From positions 62,001 through 126,000 of the forward strand of contig CP089277.1 of the NCBI GenBank assembly GCA_023920165.1: 64,000 bases of DNA, given 5' to 3'. The DNA is from Curvularia clavata. Taxonomy: Eukaryota. Positions 23,250 to 35,798 of the stretch are shown here, piece by piece (position 1 is the stretch's first letter; every line of letters begins with the position of its first letter). Below the pieces are notes generated by a model that saw only the letters and a program-made list of their open reading frames with translations, did no database searches and was not told the DNA's origin. The position numbers were made by a program, and so were the translations under genes.

Positions 23250-25062
23250 TCATACCACATCCATGTTTACATCTAAGTACTTCTCTTCAACTGATTCAGC
23301 CCTCACAATCTTGGGCTCTCTCGTTCCAATACCTTCTTCCATCGTATCGCTGTATCCACTTGCTAATATGCTCTCCCTAACGTGCTCCTTCGCGAACAAG
23401 ATATCTATTTCTTCCAAGCTCTTCCCTCCCGTCTCAGGACACATAAACCATACGAAAGGCATTGCCAGCCAGTTGAATACTAGCATCCATATCCATATCT
23501 TCCACCCAACAGCATCCAGCGCGATGCCACCAGCAAAGACAGTAAGAAAGCTAAAAAGCCATTCTCCAAAGGCGCCCGCCGCCCCGCCAATGTGCCGTTG
23601 CTGAAGCGGCGCAATCTATAATCCGTTAGCCTTGAATTCAGAAGCAAGGGCATTCGCCTCATGCTGAGGGGGAATACCTCAGGACCATACAACCGCGGCA
23701 CACCAATCCAACCATATCCAAAGACCATATTCCACACGCAGATAATTGCCACGGCGCCCCACTGCGTGCCTCGTGTAGGGTTCGGGAGGCCAATGAGCGC
23801 CACAAAGACAGTCATGAGGAGGGCGAGGGTTAAGGCAGACCAGAACATTATGCTTCGACGGCCGAAGCGCTCGATGGTTGTGGGGAGAGCGTATGTCCCG
23901 AGAGCAAACATGGTGTTCATGACGGCTGAGAGAAGCTGTGCGAGGAAGTTTGACAGCCCGACATTTTTGAAGATGACAGCAGAGTAGTATACGGACAGAT
24001 TGATACCTGAGTTGATTACCGTCAGTATCGGACTTACAATCCTTCCGGATCAGAGACACTCACCCATCATCTGTTGGATAGATAACACAAGAAATGATAT
24101 CCGGATTCGTCTGCCAACACTCAAGTCGGTGTTATCCCAGAGTAGAGTCGAAATATTGAACTTCGTGCCCCCTTCTGCAACCTTCTCAAACTCAATTGAC
24201 CCCATGATTTCCTGCTTCATCTGCTGGACGTCTGAATGACCCAACGGCTTATCATGCAACTTGGCAAGCACATCATCTCCGTCAGTATTACGACCCTTCG
24301 CATAATACCATCTCGGCGTGTCTGGTAGCAAATACATGGTCGATCCAGATACGACCGCAAAAAAAAGCCTGGAATCCAATCGGAAATCGCCACGAGACTT
24401 GGTTTGTCATTCGCGTGAAGCCAACATCAATCCAGTAAGCAATAGGGATACCACTGATGAGTAGTGCACAAGTGAATGCGACTTCCGGACCACGTTCTTC
24501 AGCTTCAATAGACATTTCCGCCATGTAGGTAGGAACAGTGCAGGATATGAAGCCGATTCCGAAGCCACAGAAGATCCGCCCGACGATTATTTGTGCAACA
24601 CTCCAAAAGCTGGCTTGTAGGATTGCACCAACGACAACGAAGGCATTGCCAAGCAGGATGATATTGCGACGACCAAGGGGCATGCCGATGATGGAGACGA
24701 GAATTGAACAAATGGTAGCGGCGAGGGTGTAAGAAGATGCAATCATTGGGATGACATATGTTCCAGTAGGATACTGAAGCTGTGTCAGCGGTCTGGAACT
24801 AAAGAGTTATGGATTACTGACGCCCATAGCTTTTAGAAATGCATCAGTGCCCTGCACTCCACCCAGGACCCCAGCATCGTAGCTGGAAAAGTTATTAGGT
24901 ATTCTGGTGTGGTCTTCGCTAAGACTGTATTACCCATAAAGCATAAAGGACTATGCCGATTCATTAGCAAGGATACAGCAGGAAGTGACGTATTCTGCAT
25001 ACCACTCCACAACTCATCCGCATCAAACGGTACATCGTTCTTCCTTTGATGAATTCAAACAT
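23250..25062 (-). CDS. MFS sugar porter (STL1-like), multi-exon, carrying a +1 frameshift in a T8 run
   Basis: MFEFIKGR start; YDAGVLGG, LGRR, VPTYMAE, WRFPIGFQ, LPDTPRW, IERFGRR, CPETGGKSLEEID; frame change at A8 24359-24366. Confidence 0.85.
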
Positions 25063-25261
25063 TCTGATTGCTAGATTTGGTTTTGTAGATCGTTTCGACA
25101 CAAGTAGAACAGTACTACATGCTTTCTCTTATGTCTGAGCACCCCAGACTAACATATCTCTTTTTGGGCTTAGTATGAATCTGGAGTAACAGTTCAAGCT
25201 TATGTGGGACTAGTACACAATAAGACTAGCGTGCGTCCCCGCATTTCGATCAACGGGATTC

Positions 25262-25349
25262 GAATTCCAGGGAATTCTGAGCATTATAGCACGTCTCTGT
25301 GCACGAAGATACCCCTCATTGTTGGCGAGGTTTGAATTCCACGGGAATT
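25262..25349. promoter_or_regulatory. Two near-palindromic GAATTCC-N2-GGAATT-type motifs in the divergent transporter/BVMO promoter
   Basis: gaattccagggaattc at 25262 and gaattccacgggaatt at 25334. Confidence 0.45.
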
Positions 25350-25508
25350 GAGGCGACGGCGGAGCGGTAACCTGCCTGTAGCATGTGACTGTGCAGGTCC
25401 ATGTACTGTTAAAAGTGCGCAGCGTATGCTTGACATGGCACAAAGGCAATCAGGTGGTGTTCTCGTCACGTCAGACTCCTCCGTCTTCTGGTGCCTCATT
25501 TGTTCAGC

Positions 25509-27298
25509 ATGTCTTCTCCCGACGCGATCGTGATCGGCGCTGGGCCATCCGGTATTTCCATGGCTCATACCATGAAGCACAAGCTCGGTTTTACCGACTT
25601 CACCATCTATGAGAAACTCGACGGCGTGGGCGGGACATGGCGCACGAATACGTATCCAGGTGTCGGCTGTGACGTGCCGACAGTCCTATATTCTTTTGCT
25701 TTCAACTTGAACCCAAATTGGTCCAAGGAACTGTGCGATGGCCCCGAGATTCTAGAATACATGGAAGCCACCGTCGACAAGTATGACTTGCGGACGCACA
25801 TGGAGTTCTCCATTGAATGCCTGGGCGCGGACTGGAATGCAGACACCAAAAAATGGGATGTACGGTTCCGCGACCTAAGGACAAAGATTGAATTTGCACG
25901 CAGCTCTACGATCTTCATTTCCGCTGTCGGCGGCATCTCATATCCAAGAGATGTCAAGTTTCCAGGGATGGACAAGTTCAAAGGCGCCATGTTCCACACA
26001 GCTCGTTGGGATCATTCGTATGACTATAAAGGCAAGCATATGGCCATCATCGGAAATGGGTGTTCAGCTGCGCAAGTAGTCCCCGCAGTCGTCAAAGATG
26101 TGGCATCAATCAAACAGTATGCGAGGTCAGCACAGTGGTACCATGAGCGACCAAACCGAAGCTTCAGCAAAGCTGAAAAATGGGCGTTCCGCTATATTCC
26201 GTTCTGGGAGAGATGGAGACGACTGCAGTTGTTCCTTGAGAACGATGAGCTTGTCACGACGTACATGCCCGGCGCAAAGGCAGCAACGAAGCGAGCCAGG
26301 GTCGAAGATCATGCGAAACGATACATCTTTTCACGAGCACCGAAGAAATACCACCATATCTTAGTTCCAGACTTTCCGCTAGGTAAGGAAAACTCAGACC
26401 TACTGAACTGCGCTTACTAACAAGTCCCTCGCAAGGCTGCAAACGTCGCATCTTCGACCCCAATTATCTCGATACCCTCAACGAGCCTAATGTAGAACTC
26501 CTTCCCGAAGGAATCCGAGAGTTCGACGAGACCGGGATAGTCAGCGCCTCAGGGAGGAAAGAAGACTTCGACGTCATTGTCTTAGCAACCGGCTTCCAAG
26601 TCCAGCGATTCCTGACACCGATGGAGATCTCCGGCAGGGGAGGAAAGCGACTGAACCAACAGTGGCAAGAGCAGCGCGGCGCACAAGCTTACATGGGAAC
26701 TTTTGTACACGGCTTCCCCAACTTCGCCATTTTGTACGTTTCCCTCTGGATTTTGTCTTAAATCCTCCCCTTGAATTCAAAACTAACATCCACCCAAAGA
26801 TTTGGTCCCAACACGTTCCCAGCCCACAACTCCGCCCTCTTCACCTGCGAAGTGCAAATAGAATTCGTAATGCGGAATCTGCTCGCTCCCATAATTGATA
26901 GTAGATGCAGGATCGTAGAAGTCAGAGCCACAGCTGAGAGCCAGTGGGTTAACAGCATCCACAAACAACTTTCCGGATCAGTTTTCCAGGCCGGCTGCTC
27001 AAACTGGTATATGAATGAGCACGGCCGTAACTCTGCTAGTTGGCCAGGATATGCGAGCACCTACTGGAAAGAAGCTTGCATCCCTCGGTTCGGAGTGTTT
27101 ACAACTGAGGGCGGTTCAACACTGTGGTTTTTGAGGACATTGAGTAGGTGGATTCGGACAACGAGCTCAACGACGTATAGCCTTGGTCTCCTGTTGATTG
27201 GTTTGGGCTTATGGAAGAAGAACGAGGTGTTCCGCTCTGCTTTAATAGAAGCCTTCAGAGCTGCAAGCAGTCGATTGACAAGCGTCTTGAAATTGTAG
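25509..27298 (+). CDS. Baeyer-Villiger-type flavin monooxygenase with C-terminal hydrophobic anchor; 3 exons
   Basis: IVIGAGPSG, GGTWRTNTYPGVGCD, BVMO fingerprint FKGAMFHTARWD, IIGNGCSAAQ, LATGF, GCSNWY; introns ~26383-26435 and ~26733-26799. Confidence 0.92.
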
Positions 27299-28092
27299 CA
27301 ATAGGTGATAATTGGGTGTATGCAGATACTCCGTATAGGTATCGCAAATCCATTAGTGGTTCTAGTAGCTTTGACATTCATCATTCTTTTCTTTTCACGC
27401 GCAGATACCGTAACAAGCAAGTTTGAAGTCGCCGATTGACCTACCTGTCGTGTATGAGGTCATAATTTGTTTGGTGCTTGCTTGACTGACTTGGCTGAAA
27501 AGAATCTCCTGTCTGCACAGATGACCATGGCACATAAGATCTTGTCAATGATGACTCTAAGTAACGCCTGAACCTCAATCTCGGAATATGAACAGAGCGA
27601 GTCTCGTGTTCTGCGACGTCACTCTCAGTTGATCGAAAGATACAACTAATTGCATCTTCACAGGGCGGAATTCATATCCCGAGCATAGCCCACTACCCCT
27701 GCAGATTGACCCCGCACCACGCTTCGTCGTAACGACGGAACGGCTGCTAATATGAACCTCGAAATGGTCGGTAAACGGATCTGGGCATTTGGCTGAAAAA
27801 ATTTGTATTCAGAACATTTTTCGTTCTCACAGCAACATGTTGACGCCCAACGTCGGTCGCTGCGTCCACACATTTGCGAAGCCAAGTCTACCTTGGTCGC
27901 CATGCACTGCAGCCAGTAGTATTGCGCTTACCTATCACCGACGAACCGCTTTTACATTGCGCCATCCGTGCGCTCCTTGCGCGATCAGAGGGTCTTTGAT
28001 GAGAGGCATCGCAAACACAAGTAACCCTTCCATGGTCAATTCGAGTACGACATCAGAGCTTGCAAAGAGCAGGAAGAATGAAGGCAATAAAC

Positions 28093-28120
28093 GATCGCTG
28101 AGTGATCGCTGAGTGATCGA
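28093..28120. repeat. 11-bp tandem repeat (gatcgctgagt x2.5) just upstream of the SDR ATG
   Basis: gatcgctgagt gatcgctgagt gatcga then atg. Confidence 0.8.
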
Positions 28121-29020
28121 ATGAGTCTCAAGGGCAAGACGACCATTATCACAGGTGGTGCTCGTGGAATAGGCTTGTCTTTGGTTGAAGGTGTTGCGGA
28201 CGCGGGTGGGGATGTCGCAGTTCTGGACGTGCTGGAGAAGCCTCAGACCGACCTATCCACTCTCGGTGTCAAAGCAAAGTATTATCGGTAACATCTTGTC
28301 CACGACTAGAGGAGCATTTCTGAGTGTTATAGAACTGATGTGACGAACATAGAAGCTTTAGAGGCAACATTCGGCCAGATCAAAAAAGACTTTGGACGTA
28401 TCGATAACTGGTGTGTATGCTCGAATGATGTTTGAGATTCCGCGCTAAATCTAAAAAGTGTTACCGCCGCGGGTATAGTAGCCGACAAGTCGTTCTTCGA
28501 CCACACTTGGGAGGAATGCGAAACGCTTCTCAAGGTCAATGTAAGCTCGCTTGGTTGTAAATCGCATCATCTACTGACACTCAAGGTTCTTGGAACGTTT
28601 TTCTGTGCGCAGCTCGCCGCGAAGGCAATACGAGATCAAGGCTCAAGCGGCAGTCTTGTGTTGATTGCTTCGATCGCATCGCACATTGCTCTCCCGCTGC
28701 AACGGCTCCCCATGTATGGAGCAACCAAGGGTGCGGTACGAGTGATGATGAAACAGCTGGCTGTTGAGCTCGCGCCACTCAACATTCGCGTCAATTCTGT
28801 ATCTCCAGGGTTCATTCGTACAGACATGACAGAGCTTTGCGCGACGCAACAACCAAAACTGTACTCTGTGTTTAGTTCTGCCCCTCCAATAGGAAGGATT
28901 GGCGAGCCCAGCGATATCACAGGTGCTGTGCACTACCTGCTGAGCGATGCGTCCCTATATACAACTGGAGCAGATATCCCGATCACGGGCGGACTGATAG
29001 CTGGAAGAATCGCAAACTGA
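28121..29020 (+). CDS. Short-chain dehydrogenase/reductase (polyol/carbonyl reductase-like); 4 exons
   Basis: ITGGARGIG, FGRIDN, TAAGI, YGATK, IRVNSVSPGFIRT, YTTGADI; three short introns. Confidence 0.9.
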
Positions 29021-29045
29021 AGTCGGTTCCCGCAGTAATTAATGA

Positions 29046-31127
29046 TTAGCTGAATCTAGTCCATTCTGACCAGAAAATCGAGTCAATGACGTTGACAGCT
29101 GGATTCAGGATAATAGCGTCTTGAATCTCATCGGCAACTGATTCTGTATGCTCCCATGTGGATAGGCGGCGCCGTTTAGCCTGGTCGGGGTTGGTCTCCG
29201 ATGTCGCTTTGTCTACAGCACCTCGCTTTATGCTCTCGCGCTTTGCTCGAAGAAGTTCGTTTTGTATTCCAGTCACTACTTCACGGGCCCTTGTCGCACT
29301 ATGGTAGCCTTTCGAAAGATCACAAAGAGCTTGCTGACAGACTTCCAAGTCCTTCCAGGCCGAATTTCTCAATGAAGGTTCTACTGCCTCGCACGCATTC
29401 AATACGTGGATCAAGCTCGCTGTAAAAACAAGATGCACTGCTTGAATATTGATCCGGCGGAAGCTGTAGAGCCTTCGATAGATTTGAAGCAGTCTGGTTA
29501 TTGCCTTGGCTGAGTCGGTACATGTCTTTGACCCGACTGTCGGATCCGACAAAGCAACATCCTGTAGATTCGCTGTCGTGGCCGTGAAGAATGGACGGTT
29601 GGCAATTATCATGACTGTATGATACTGCATATGGAGTTGCAGCACGTGCGGAACGTAGAAGGATGAAACTGAGGCCAGGTCCACTTTTAAAGACTCTGGC
29701 AAGTCTCTGTGCCACTGCGTGAGTTCAGCCCGCATACTAGAAGCAAAATTGTGGAGCTGCTGAGCACCGAGCACCGAGGTGACGGAATCCGAGTACAAGG
29801 TATCCCGAATACGTGTCATTTTCGCACACAGCGACGCGTTGTTTCTATGCAATTCGTCGATCGGATCGACCAAAGCTGGGAAACCAAAGTCTGCAGAATC
29901 ATCGATGTATGGTCGCCAGAGCTTTTGCTCACTAATCGTCGCGATGTATGGAGGCGTGGTAATTGTCTTCTCGTCAAGCGATACCGGGCGACCAAGATAT
30001 AGAGACCACATCCGTTCATGGATGAAAGCACCCCAGAATACAACTCTCTGCAAAGTTGCCTCTTCCGCATCGATGATACCAGCGTCTACATAAACCTGAT
30101 TATCCAGATGTAGACCAAGATCAGTGGCCAGTCGTACTGCCATGCCGCTGTAAAGCCAGCCACGAGCATCAAGCGTGCGAATTGATTCCACCCCACTCAG
30201 AATGGCGAGGGATTGGACTGTTGACAATGTTGGCGAATCCAACTCAACATCAAGTATTGCGCGCGCACGTGAAGCAAAAAAGTCAACTAGTGGTTCAGGA
30301 AGCTCAACGCAATGCCTCGATGTCAATGATGCGCCGACAGCGCACATGGAGTTAACCAATACCTCGGAGTAAAACTTACTCGCATAGTCACCCGATTTGC
30401 ACTTGCGTCGCTCGCGATAGAAAATGTCTTCCTGCACAAGATGGATGCTTGGATCCTCCCAGCAGAAGTACAGCTTCATTAGATGTTCCTCGAGCTCGGG
30501 ATCCACGAGATGACCTACACCAGCGGCATCTAGGGTGGCTTGGATCTCAACCCGATTCACAGTCGTTCTCGCGTTGGTTGTTGCACGGGTCCCAGAAACA
30601 AGCAAATGGAGATTTGACGTTGCGCCGTAGAATCTGAGCTGGCCATCTTCTGCAAGCCTCAGGGATCCCAGACTACCAGTGAGCTGGTCAACGAGGGGCG
30701 AGGAAACGTCGGTCTGGGAGGGACCAAGTGTTATCGGTGGCGTCTCCTGAACTACAGAAATGTCTGGATCGGATGCGGAAATGGGAGTAGCAAAGGTGTG
30801 CTCTGGACTGATTGCTGGACCTCCAGGCGCCGACCATGGGGTTGGAAGATTTCTCTCATTCGGAAGTGGGATCCCATTCGCGTGCAGTAATTCTTCCAAC
30901 TGTCTTGCATATGTTTCGGCAGCAAGGAGCCGCTCCTTCATAGGAATCTTGCGCTTGTCGAGGCCATGTTGGTAGACGCATTGCTGCGCATACATGACGC
31001 AGTTGCTGCATGACGGGCTGGCGGCGTCGCATTTGATCTTGCGCGTACGGCAGCCCAAGCAGGCAGTAGTGACGTGCTTCTGCCGAGCATTGAAAGTTGG
31101 GCGCGCAGGTGGGTTTGCTGAAGCCAT
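29046..31127 (-). CDS. Zn2Cys6 transcription factor with fungal-specific TF domain, 693 aa, intronless
   Basis: ACLGCRTRKIKCDAASPSCSNCVMYAQQC; RFYGATS; GWLYSGMAVRLATDLGLH; SLYLGRP. Confidence 0.93.
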   Translation of the reverse strand: MASANPPARPTFNARQKHVTTACLGCRTRKIKCDAASPSCSNCVMYAQQCVYQHGLDKRKIPMKERLLAAETYARQLEELLHANGIPLPNERNLPTPWSAPGGPAISPEHTFATPISASDPDISVVQETPPITLGPSQTDVSSPLVDQLTGSLGSLRLAEDGQLRFYGATSNLHLLVSGTRATTNARTTVNRVEIQATLDAAGVGHLVDPELEEHLMKLYFCWEDPSIHLVQEDIFYRERRKCKSGDYASKFYSEVLVNSMCAVGASLTSRHCVELPEPLVDFFASRARAILDVELDSPTLSTVQSLAILSGVESIRTLDARGWLYSGMAVRLATDLGLHLDNQVYVDAGIIDAEEATLQRVVFWGAFIHERMWSLYLGRPVSLDEKTITTPPYIATISEQKLWRPYIDDSADFGFPALVDPIDELHRNNASLCAKMTRIRDTLYSDSVTSVLGAQQLHNFASSMRAELTQWHRDLPESLKVDLASVSSFYVPHVLQLHMQYHTVMIIANRPFFTATTANLQDVALSDPTVGSKTCTDSAKAITRLLQIYRRLYSFRRINIQAVHLVFTASLIHVLNACEAVEPSLRNSAWKDLEVCQQALCDLSKGYHSATRAREVVTGIQNELLRAKRESIKRGAVDKATSETNPDQAKRRRLSTWEHTESVADEIQDAIILNPAVNVIDSIFWSEWTRFS

Positions 31128-32433
31128 CAGGAGACTTTCCAGTGGTTCGGCATGACGAGTTGATGGTGTGGAGTCGTCACACTGAGATGCGGAGTGGTGG
31201 ATTGCGGGGGTGTGCTAGCCGAGGCGGTTTACACTTGTTCATGCCTCCCAGCGCGCTCGAGCTGATGTGCGCTACCGGTATCTGATGCGGCTATCACACA
31301 TCACGAGTGGTGAAAGAGCTGAATGGTGTGAGGGCTGCATGACATGGCGATTGGTGTTCATCAATCATGAGCTTGAGCTTTATCTGCATTCATGTCAGCT
31401 CTTCCACGCTTCTCTCCACATTTCGCTCCGTTAGCTTTGCCGCCCGCCGCAGCTCAACCCGGCGGCCGGGTTCGCCAGATGCGACGAGGGAATTGGTCTA
31501 GCCCGCCTAGCATCTCCAACGAAGCAGTCATGTCTGTCTGTGCGGCTTAGGCATTCACAACCTGCACCTGTGTCTGCTTTTTGATAGCCCTTTTGCAGAC
31601 CGCTCGCTGATGGCGTAGGTCACCTCGCAGAAAAAAGTACAACACGCCGTCGGTGTTCTCTAGTTACTCACATACGCAATAAGTTTTCCAAGCACAAAGT
31701 CGGGTCATGTATGGCCTCGGCCGTCCCGGTTCAAGCGAACAAACCATCACTTGCCGAGCCGTATGCTTCGATGGGGCGCGACGCTCACCCTTTTGGACGA
31801 CTTGCTCCCATCTGGGGTGCCGCATCTGGAACAAACTACGCCTGTATCCGACGGGTCTGTGCATGCGGCAGGCCCGCACCTTAGCCAGCCACCATGGGAA
31901 ATCGATGGAGCTAAAAGCCGGCATCACCGCTAGCTACAGTTTGATCGTCAGCTTTGGGCCTGATTGAGCTTGCTACTAGAACTGCTTCCAGTAATCACAT
32001 CGACGGCGCCCGCTGCCCCCAGCACGGGAGTGTGAGATGGCTGCACTCAGCTACGTCCAAAACAAATTCTAGAACGCCGAGGCGCAGATCGTAGCGGCCG
32101 TCGCCCGACTGAATTGGGACTCTGCATTCTTGCAGCTGTGCTGCTACATGTGGGCATGCGAATGGGTTCTCCTCGTTTGTTCTAGCACTGAACCCTACTC
32201 GCAATATATGTATGTCCTTGCCCCCGCTCTTTCCTCTCTTGCTATTGTCAATGCATAGTTCAAAGCCGCGCATTCTAGGGCTACATACTCTATCAAACCT
32301 TGTATCATCCCCACGCATCGTGTCTTCTACGTCAGCCCTCCGTTGTTTCAAGTCGACAATAGGCCCATTGCCTCTTGTCCAGACCATCAGCACATCCCGC
32401 CGCCGATTTGAAATTGCGTTGCCTTTCACCACC

Positions 32434-34201
32434 ATGCCTCACTCCACTGACGAGACGTCTGCGAATCTGAACACACCTGCAGCTCCAATCACACCTGGTC
32501 CAAGAAAACTCATCCTCTGTTTCGATGGCACTGGGAACGTGTTCGAGGGTAATACCTCGGATACCAATATAGTCAAATTATATGATAAGTTTGATAGGAA
32601 AGACCCCATGCAGTACCACTACTACCAGAGTAAGTAGCCTTCTGGCTCTTGATGGCGCTTGTTTGACTAAACGTTCGATTACGCAGCTGGAATTGGCACA
32701 TACAATGTCGATGGAGGCCCAATCAACAAGAACCTCCTTGGCAGGATCCGTTCAAACATATCAAAATCTATCGATAGCGGTTTTGCTACCACGTTCGACG
32801 CCCATGTCATCGCAGGCTACCGATTCATCATGAAGTACTACAAAGAGGGAGACAAGATCTACATGTTTGGCTTTTCAAGAGGCGCCTTTACTGCTCGCTT
32901 TCTCGCGCGAATGATATACAAAGTTGGGCTGCTCTCTGAAGGCAATGAGGAGATGGTACCTTTTGCGTATGACCTGTATCAACAGTACGAATTGGGAAAG
33001 CTGTCTGAGCAGGAGAAAAAGGAGACTCTACCGGCAAAAGACCTCACCAACAAGGCGGCCCAGAATCCGGAGCATGAGCACCTCCTTCCCAACAGCGTAG
33101 ACACGGACCCGACCATGAAACCAGACGCACAGCAGCTGAAGAGGAACAAGCTCATCGCCTTCAAGGAAACCTTCTGTCGTTCAGAAGGCGCCGACAACAC
33201 GGGAATCAAGGTCTATTTCTTAGGCATGTTCGACTGCGTTAGCAGTGTTGCAGTCCTAGATGGCCCCTCTGGTACGCCTCAGAAACCTGTGTCCGTGTAT
33301 GGGACTGCCCGTCATGTCCGCCATGCAGTGGCTGTTGACGAGCACCGGGTCAAGTTCAAGGCAGCACTGTTAGGTCAGGATATACGAAACTCCGAGGCTG
33401 ATAAAGAGAAGATCAAAGAAGTTTGGTTCCCCGGGAACCATGGCGACGTGGGTGGAGGATGGCCAGCTCCGTACGTTGAAAACGAAACGCAACCTCAGCG
33501 CAGCTGGTGGCAAAGGATTTTCCTATCCTGGAATGACAAAAAACCTTCCAATCGCGGCACGGATCCTTACCAGATGAGCGATGTGCCTCTTGCTTGGATG
33601 ATTCGCGAGCTCGAGCTACTGGGCAAGAAAGATGAGAGCGCAGCCATCAAATGGAACTGGAAGAAGAACGGATTCAAGAAGAACTTCTTCCGGAAAATCC
33701 ATCAAGCATACGAAAGCCCAATGCACGACACACTCAAAATTGGTGGAGGCTCCTCACTATTCAAGGTTTTGCTATGGAACTTGATGGGTAAGCACGTGCA
33801 TCAATTTGAGATAACCTGCAGCTAACGCACCTGGGACAGAGTGGCTGCCTTTCAGACGTTGGGAACTAGTATGGGATCCCCTGACACTGAGGTATAAATG
33901 GGCTCACATTGCACTTCCATTGAACAAGGGTGGGGCGCGGGATATTCCTGAAGGCGCGCTTTTACACGACTCTCTTTTGAAACGGTTGGAAAGTGACAGA
34001 CATACGATGACAGGAGACAGGCCTCTGGAGCCACATGACAAGGGTTCGCCATATCTTCCGTGCAACGATCGAGGTGGCGACGACTCCCAGTCGTGCCTGA
34101 CACCCTACAATTTTGAGCTCAAGAAAAAAGACAAGGGTAGGACGTTTGAGGACATCATCGAGCCTCCTGGCATTCATGACATCTATAAACTAAAAGCGTA
34201 G
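32434..34201 (+). CDS. DUF2235 (Tle1 phospholipase-like) alpha/beta hydrolase; 3 exons
   Basis: [59 protein letters not shown]; introns ~32629-32686 and ~33788-33840. Confidence 0.9.
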
Positions 34202-34687
34202 GGCTTATTTGGAGGTAGGCAATTGGGACTTGGGAGTCAATGAGAAGAAAGTGTTTCGAGTATTATGTACATTTGCCAATTCTCAATCCGCTGAGGCGGT
34301 ATTATAAGAACAGGTGAAACAATGACTGTAGCTACGAGTGCTCCGATGCTCAAGCCTAGATAAGATTTTTGCCTCCCATACAACAACACACGGCTGAGGG
34401 CAAACCTTAAACATACCCTGAGTTGGCACGGAGCCTCTTTGGGTCAGACGGGGTGGTATACATCTAATCGCGAATAACAACGACTACGGCAAACAATCGC
34501 GAATACGAATAAGACTAAGACATGTTCCATGTCTGATTTAATGTCTGCCCATACACTATCAGAATGCGTAGTGACAACTAACCCTACCTGTCACTTAATC
34601 AATCCTCTCTCCATGGACCGATATGAACCTTGCTGTGCCTTTGTGCCTTTCTCTTTCTTGTCCTTCACCAACTACTTTTCATTTACT

Positions 34688-35798
34688 ATGGATATGCATA
34701 TCTCAACCGCACTCAGTATCGTGGCGACGTTCGGCTGTGCCGCTGCTCAACGCACTATCCTGGGATTCAACTACGGTGCTTCGGACGACAATGGCAACGT
34801 CAAGAACCAGTCAGACTTTGAGCGTGAGTTTAGAGCTGCGCGAAATCTCCAGGGAGTGCTGAAGCAAATCAATACGATTCGCCTCTCTTCCAATGTTCAG
34901 TGGCAAACGCAGGACACACTGATTGAAGCATCGGCAGCTGCCGTGGCAACAAACACAAGTCTGCTTCTCGGCATCTGGGCCTCGGTTCCCACCAGCATCG
35001 ACAACGAGCTCAACGCACTAGACGCAGCCATCAAAAAACACGGCTCTGATCTTGCAGATCCGGTTGTAGGCATTTTGGTTGGCAGCGAGGACCTGTACCG
35101 AGCCTCAGCATCAGGTGTGCGTAACAAGGCTAGAGTCGGACAAGAAGGAGACGACATTGTGAAGTGTATTAGGGGTGCTCGTGCACGCTTAAACAATACG
35201 GCGCTTGCAAATCTTACGATCATGTCGACTATTGGAGCACTTGGGTAAACAAGTCCAACACGGCTGTTACCAAGTAAGTTGACTTTGTTTCTGTCAATAC
35301 CCTTCCTTATTTTTAGGACAGCGTTGATAACACTATCGAAGATGCTGGTGCTATATTTAATGGCACTTTGACTGCTACGGAAGCAGCAGCAGAAGGTAAT
35401 AAGACTGTTTGGATTACTGAAATGGGTTGGCCATATATGGGTTCTGGGTGGGGTAAAGCTGAGTCTACAGTCAACAACACTGCTACTTTTGGCGGGATGT
35501 TGGCTGTAGGCTCTTTGACGGGTTCAATGTCTTTTTGTACACGCTTCGAGACACCAACCCCGAGAACAAAGTCAAGTTTGCTATCACCAACAACCTCAGC
35601 ATCACGCCCCAATTCAACCTGGCCTGCGCGGCAGGCAGTGGCAACCTGACGCTTCCTGCTGCCTTTGACATGGTGGCTAGCATTAATACTATTACTTCTG
35701 CTGCTACTGGTGCAGGTTCCATGACTTCGGTATTCACAGCCAACTCCATCGCAATAACGCTGTCTATGCTTACCGCTGTGGCAGCTTGTACGCTTTAG
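34688..35798 (+). pseudogene. GH17 glucan endo-1,3-beta-glucosidase (EglC-like, GPI-type tail), frameshifted
   Basis: ILGFNYGA, LLLGIWAS, VGSEDLYR, HVD, WITEMGWP, YTLRDTN; frameshifts ~35220 and ~35487; in-frame TAA and TAG between 35270 and 35320. Confidence 0.85.
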
